A stretch of DNA of 64,000 nucleotides from an uncultured bacterium (GTDB lineage: Bacteria; Zhuqueibacterota; QNDG01; DTFT01): positions 52,492 to 116,491 of the forward strand of contig CAVTNR010000028.1 in the NCBI GenBank assembly GCA_963736115.1, in the 5' to 3' direction. The notes under the pieces were generated by a model, which had not been told where the DNA came from, searched no databases, and worked only from the letters and a program-made list of their open reading frames with translations. The number at the start of each line of letters is the position of its first letter. Positions within the stretch are counted from its first letter, which is position 1. Both the position numbers and the translations under genes were made by a program. Below, one piece after another: positions 59,553-64,000 of this stretch.

Positions 59553-60686
59553 TTAATGCAGGTCACGGCCGTAATATACATCAAAAAACGCATTTTTCCA
59601 TGCTGAAAATCTGGATTGAAGAATGGCTTCCCGGGCTTCCCTGACCAAATGCATGAAAAAATACAGGTTATGAATTGTCGCGAGCCTTTGGCCTAGCATT
59701 TCGCCTGAATGGAGAAGGTGACGCATATACGCGCGGCTGAAATGCAAACAGGTATAACACCCGCATCCCGGATCGATCGGCCCGAAGTCCCTCTCGAAAG
59801 TCTTGTTCTTGATGATGAGTTTTCCGGTCGCCGTGTACACTGTGCCGTTGCGTCCGTTGCGCGTGGGGATGACGCAGTCGAACATGTCGATGCCCAAGCC
59901 GATGGCCTCGATGATATCCTCCGGTTTTCCCACGCCCATCAGGTATCTGGGCTTGTCCTGCGGAAAGATTCCGGTGCACAGTTCCGTCATTTCCGCGCGC
60001 ATGGCGCCGGGTTCGCCGACAGCCAGTCCTCCGACCGCGTATCCGTCGAAATCCATTTCCACGAGCCTGTCCGCGGATTCCCTCCGGATCGCGGGAACCA
60101 CGCCGCCCTGCGCGATGCCGAACTGGTATCCGGGCCAGCCCATGGTCTGTCTGACGTCCAGAAAACGGGACCTGCACCGCTGCGCCCATCTCAGCGTCCG
60201 CTCATGGGCTTTCATGATTATTTTTTCCTCGGCCGGAAAACCGACGCATTCATCCAGCACCATCTGGATGTCCGACCCGAGCGCGGTCTGGATGTCAACC
60301 GCTTTTTCAGGCGTGAATCGGTGCCTGGATCCGTCCAGATGGGACCGGAACGTGACCCCGTCGTCGTTGACCGTCCTGAGCTCGGCGAGGCTGAAAACCT
60401 GGAATCCGCCGCTGTCCGTGAGAATGGGATAAGGCCAGCCGATGAACCGGTGCAGGCCGCCCGCTTCGGCCACCAGGGCTTCTCCCGGACGCAGATATAA
60501 ATGATACGTGTTCGCCAGGAGCAGGCGGCTGCCGAGTGCTTCGATTTCATGCGGAGACACGGATTTCACCGTTCCCTGGGTGCCCACGGGCATGAAAACC
60601 GGGGTTTCCACGTCACCGTGCGCGGTTCGGATCAAGCCGGCGCGGCCGCGGGTCAGGGAATCAGTGCGGATCAATTGGAAAAACAA
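59553..60686 (-). CDS. tgt: tRNA-guanine transglycosylase
   Basis: TPVFMPVGT, LTDSGGFQ, GGLAVGE, DMFDCV, CxCxxC...H zinc site. Confidence 0.97.
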   Translation of the reverse strand: MFFQLIRTDSLTRGRAGLIRTAHGDVETPVFMPVGTQGTVKSVSPHEIEALGSRLLLANTYHLYLRPGEALVAEAGGLHRFIGWPYPILTDSGGFQVFSLAELRTVNDDGVTFRSHLDGSRHRFTPEKAVDIQTALGSDIQMVLDECVGFPAEEKIIMKAHERTLRWAQRCRSRFLDVRQTMGWPGYQFGIAQGGVVPAIRRESADRLVEMDFDGYAVGGLAVGEPGAMRAEMTELCTGIFPQDKPRYLMGVGKPEDIIEAIGLGIDMFDCVIPTRNGRNGTVYTATGKLIIKNKTFERDFGPIDPGCGCYTCLHFSRAYMRHLLHSGEMLGQRLATIHNLYFFMHLVREAREAILQSRFSAWKNAFFDVYYGRDLH

Positions 60687-61712
60687 TTGAACTCCTCGGA
60701 ACTGGGATCACATCCGGGGCCGGATGCCGTAAAGGAAAAAATAAATCGGAAACTGACGCGAACTTCCCGTCTACGGCCTTTTTGCCCGGGGTTGCTCTTC
60801 CGGCCTGCGTCTGACCTTCGTCCGAATCGAACACCGTCCGGACCATGTCCTTCACCGAGGTCAGGCCGATCGGACGGATTTCCGTTTTCCGTCTCAGGGA
60901 TTTCAGGCTGGACGCGGGCATGAGAATCCGGTCGAAGCCGAGACGGAGGGCCTCCTGGACGCGCGTCTCGATCTGGGGGACACCCCGGACTTCACCGGTC
61001 AGTCCCACTTCCCCGACCATGACGGTTTTCGGGGAGACCGGTCTGTCCCGCAGGCTGGACACCACGGCCGCCGCCACTGCGAGATCCGCCGCGGGCTCGA
61101 ACAGGCGGAACCCGCCTGCGGCGTTGACGAATACGTCCAGGGTTCCGAACTTGAGCCCGATGCGCTTTTCGAGCACGGCCAGGATGATGGCCAGGCGCCT
61201 CGAGTCGATGCCCGTGGCCGTACGCTGGGGAATGCCGTACGAGGTCGGGGTCACCAGCGCCTGCACTTCGACCAGGAGGGGCCGTGATCCCTCCAGACTG
61301 ACCGTGATCACCGTGCCGGACGCATCCGCGTTCCGTTCCGCGAGCAGATGCTCCGACGGGTTCCGGATCTCAATCATGCCCGCGTCCGTCATTTCGAACA
61401 AGCCGACTTCGTTCGTCGAGCCGAAGCGGTTTTTAACCGCCCGGAGACAGCCGGTAGAGATGCTGGCCGTCGCCTTCGAGCATGAGCAGTCCGTCCACGA
61501 GGTGTTCCAGGACGCGGGGGCCGGCCAGAGTGCCGTCTTTGGTCACGTGACCAACCAGGAACACGGGTACTCCGTTCCGCTTCGCGGCCGCGGTCAGGGT
61601 CTGGCCGGAATACCGGACCTGCCCGATGTGCCGGGCAGTCCGTCGAACTGCCCGGACACCACGGTTTGGATGGAATCCACGACCGCCAGATCGGGTTTGT
61701 CGCGTTCAAGCT
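60661..61712 (-). pseudogene. radA: DNA repair protein RadA, C-terminal part only, frameshifted (probably an assembly artefact)
   Basis: VVDSIQT, GHVTKDG, LEHLVD, KNRFG, EVQAL, GEVGLTGEVR; zinc finger and Walker A absent. Confidence 0.85.
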
Positions 61713-61865
61713 GACCTTCTGCCGTGGGGGGCCGGTGGCGCTGGGAGGAATTTGTCCCAGTTCGATGAGAAGGCTGTCGGCCAGGACTCCAACCAAGCCC
61801 AGCACTGCGACGATGATCTGGACCCTATGACTGTTGCCGTTCTCCAGTGTCATGCTCCGATATCG

Positions 61866-63191
61866 TCACGTTAGGCCCGACGGCCTTTTCCGGGGATGAA
61901 ATTCCCGTCGTCCGGTGGTCCGATCGATCACCGCTGCGTCGCGACGGTTCATCGGTAATGCTATACGCCCTCCCAAGCCGTGCCAGCGCAGCCGCCAACG
62001 CCTCCGACGTGTGGGCATGCACCCACAGCAGCGGCTCGCCGGCCTCGATATGAGTGCCGACTTTGCAGCGTTCCGCCAGCACCACGCCACCGCCGGATCG
62101 ACCGCGTCGCCTTTCTTTGCCCGACCGCCGCCCAGCTCCAGCACCGGTAGCCGACCTGACGCGGCGTCCAGGCGTGACAGCCGACACAGGCGCAATCAGC
62201 GGCGCGCGGGGCAGGCGAGCCGGCTCGTCGATGGCGCGCAGGTCGCCGCCCTCGGCCGCCACGAACTGCCGGGACTTAGTCCAGGCGGAGCCATCGGACA
62301 GCGTCGTCGCGGCCCTCCTCTGCCCGTCTTCCGGCGTGGCGACAGCTCCGGCGATCAGCAGCATCTCCGCGGCGACTCCTGGATGCAGTGCTCCGGGAAG
62401 TCGGCGGGACCTCGCCCCCAGCGTCTCGATCGCCTCGATCACCTCCAGGCTGTTGCCCACCGCCAAGCCGAGCGGCTGGTCATATCGCCGATCAATGCAG
62501 TGATCTTGCGGCCCAGCCGAACGCCGATCAGCTCCGCCAGCCTGATCGCTTCCTCGAACGTCTCCATGAACGCGCGGTGCCCGGCTTTGACGTCCAGCAC
62601 GATGGCGTCGGCGCCGGCTGCGAGCTTCTTCGACATGATCGAGCTGGCGATCAGCGGCAGGGAGGGCACCGTGCCTGTGACGTCGCGAGCAACCCGTAGA
62701 GCTTGCCGTCGGCCGGGGCCAATTCCTGGGCGTCCGTCCGGCCACCACCACGCCGACCTCTCGAAGCTGGCGCTTGAACTGGTCGAGGGTCAGGTTGACG
62801 TTGAATCCGGGGATCGCTTCCAGCTTGTCGAGCGTGTCGCCGGAGAAGGAAAACCCTTGCCCCGACATCTTGCCGACCGGCACGCCCAGGCTGGCGACCA
62901 TCGGCCCGACTGCGAGGTGGTTTTGTCGCCCACTCCGCCGGAGGAGTGCTTGTCCACGATGAACGGCGCGCAACGTTGTGCAGATCGAGCGTCGTGCCGG
63001 AGAAGGCCATCGCCTCAGTCAGATCGGCAGTTTCCTGCGGCGTCATGCCCTGAAAGTAGACCGCCATGCAGAACGCTGCGGCCTGGTAATCTGGCACGTC
63101 GCCGGCGACGTAGCCCTTGATGAAGAACTCGATTTCGCGCGAGTCAATTCGCTGCTGTCGCTTTTCGGGTGATGATATCGACGATGCGCAA
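61866..63191 (-). CDS. pdp: Pyrimidine-nucleoside (thymidine) phosphorylase, heavily frameshifted
   Basis: Fragments [25 protein letters not shown]...[41 protein letters not shown] across frames; 3' end approximate. Confidence 0.85.
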
Positions 63192-63285
63192 TGGCACATC
63201 CACCGTCCGCAGTGGGCAAGTTGTAGATGGCAAATTCGACACGAGTATAACACAACACAGGATAGCGCCGGCGGCCTCCGCTATT

Positions 63286-63315
63286 TTGACGCCGGCCTTT
63301 TTCCTGTGCTATACT
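63286..63315 (+). promoter_or_regulatory. sigma70-like promoter of the serS leader
   Basis: TTGACG-18 nt-TATACT with TG extension. Confidence 0.55.
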
Positions 63316-63332
63316 ACGCCCTGATTGATCGA

Positions 63333-63585
63333 ATGGCTTTGACGGAGACAAGTAGGTCGGCGTTGGCATCTCAGAGAGCTGCCGGTTGGTGCGAGGCGGT
63401 GGGCGTAGTGGACCGGATTCTCCCGAAGCCGCGACCCGGAACCCAGGTTGAGTCCTGGCACTATGGGTTGACGCGTGACACTTGTTAGCGGGCCTGGGTC
63501 TCCTACGATGAGACCTGTAGAGGTCGTGTCCGCAAGAGCACGGCGAACCAGGGTGAGCCAATCCAGCGCCCCTCGTCCCCTGGCC
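63333..63585 (+). ncRNA. T-box riboswitch-like leader upstream of serS
   Basis: TGACGGAGACAAGTAG (GA motif / loop E), AGAGAG bulge, GGTTGGTGCGAG distal loop, AACCAGGGTG...CGTCCCCTGG antiterminator arms; T-box core and specifier corrupted. Confidence 0.7.
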
Positions 63586-63617
63586 CGAGCGGGCTGTTTG
63601 GTGGCTCTTCGTGTTCC

Positions 63618-63693
63618 ACCATAGACGATGGACGATCGACGATGGAACCAGGGCCGGGCCGTCCATCGTCAATGGTCTATCGTCCATGGTCTG
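63618..63693. repeat. Inverted arrays of heptamer repeats
   Basis: ATAGACG-ATGGACG-ATCGACG-ATGGA facing GTCCATC-GTCAATG-GTCTATC-GTCCATG. Confidence 0.75.
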
Positions 63694-63711
63694 CTGACCG
63701 AGGAGGAAGCC

Positions 63712-64000
63712 ATGTTACATCAGAATGGCGCGAGCACCGGGACGAGGTGCTCAGGGCGATGGAGACGCTGGGCGCCGCTGCCGCGCCAGTAGTTGAGGTG
63801 CTGGCGCTAGATGAGCGCTGGCGTGCCATCCTGACGCGGGTCGAGGTGCTGCGGGCCGAGCGCAACGTGGATCGAAACAGATCGGCCAGTTGATGCGGAA
63901 GGGAAACGTGCCGAGGGTCAGGCGCTCCAGGCGCACATGGGCCAAATCGGCGACGAGATCAAGACGCTGGATGAGGAGTCCGTCCAGGTGGACGCGGCGC
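63712..64000 (+). CDS. serS: Seryl-tRNA synthetase N-terminus, partial and frameshifted
   Basis: AGGAGG RBS; REHRDEV...EVLALDERWRAILTRVEVLRAERN coiled-coil arm; T-box-like leader upstream. Confidence 0.8.

Overview
High-GC, densely coding bacterial window, mostly housekeeping genes on the minus strand: dinB (partial), rlmH, pheA, M16 peptidase-pnp, a GldA/F/G-like ABC cassette, rpsO-ribF-DHH/rbfA-DUF503-infB-nusA-rimP, two tRNA-Arg, epmA, a LytS-LytS-LytTR locus divergent from susC/susD, several peptidases and peptide transporters, gatA, tatA x2, pssA/psd, purC/purB, htrA, truA, xerD, rpe, rsmB, fmt, yajC, tgt and a truncated radA. SusCD, a C-terminal FlgD/sorting-type domain and the gene order suggest an FCB-associated lineage such as KSB1 or Calditrichota; this is an inference. 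The last ~2.3 kb (pdp, T-box-like leader, serS) is error-rich, cuts radA in half and looks like DNA from another organism, probably a chimeric join. Frameshifts also cluster at ~12.9-17.2 kb, probably from sequencing error. The most interesting signal is a non-autonomous two-hairpin element with IS200/IS605-like ends, present three times (111, 156 and 202 bp). Each copy sits directly after TGAA at the 5' end of a gene. Two copies carry nested insertions of 45 bp net, with fixed flanks and a different 19-20 nt AT-rich core each time. All calls come from reading motifs by eye; no database searches were run.
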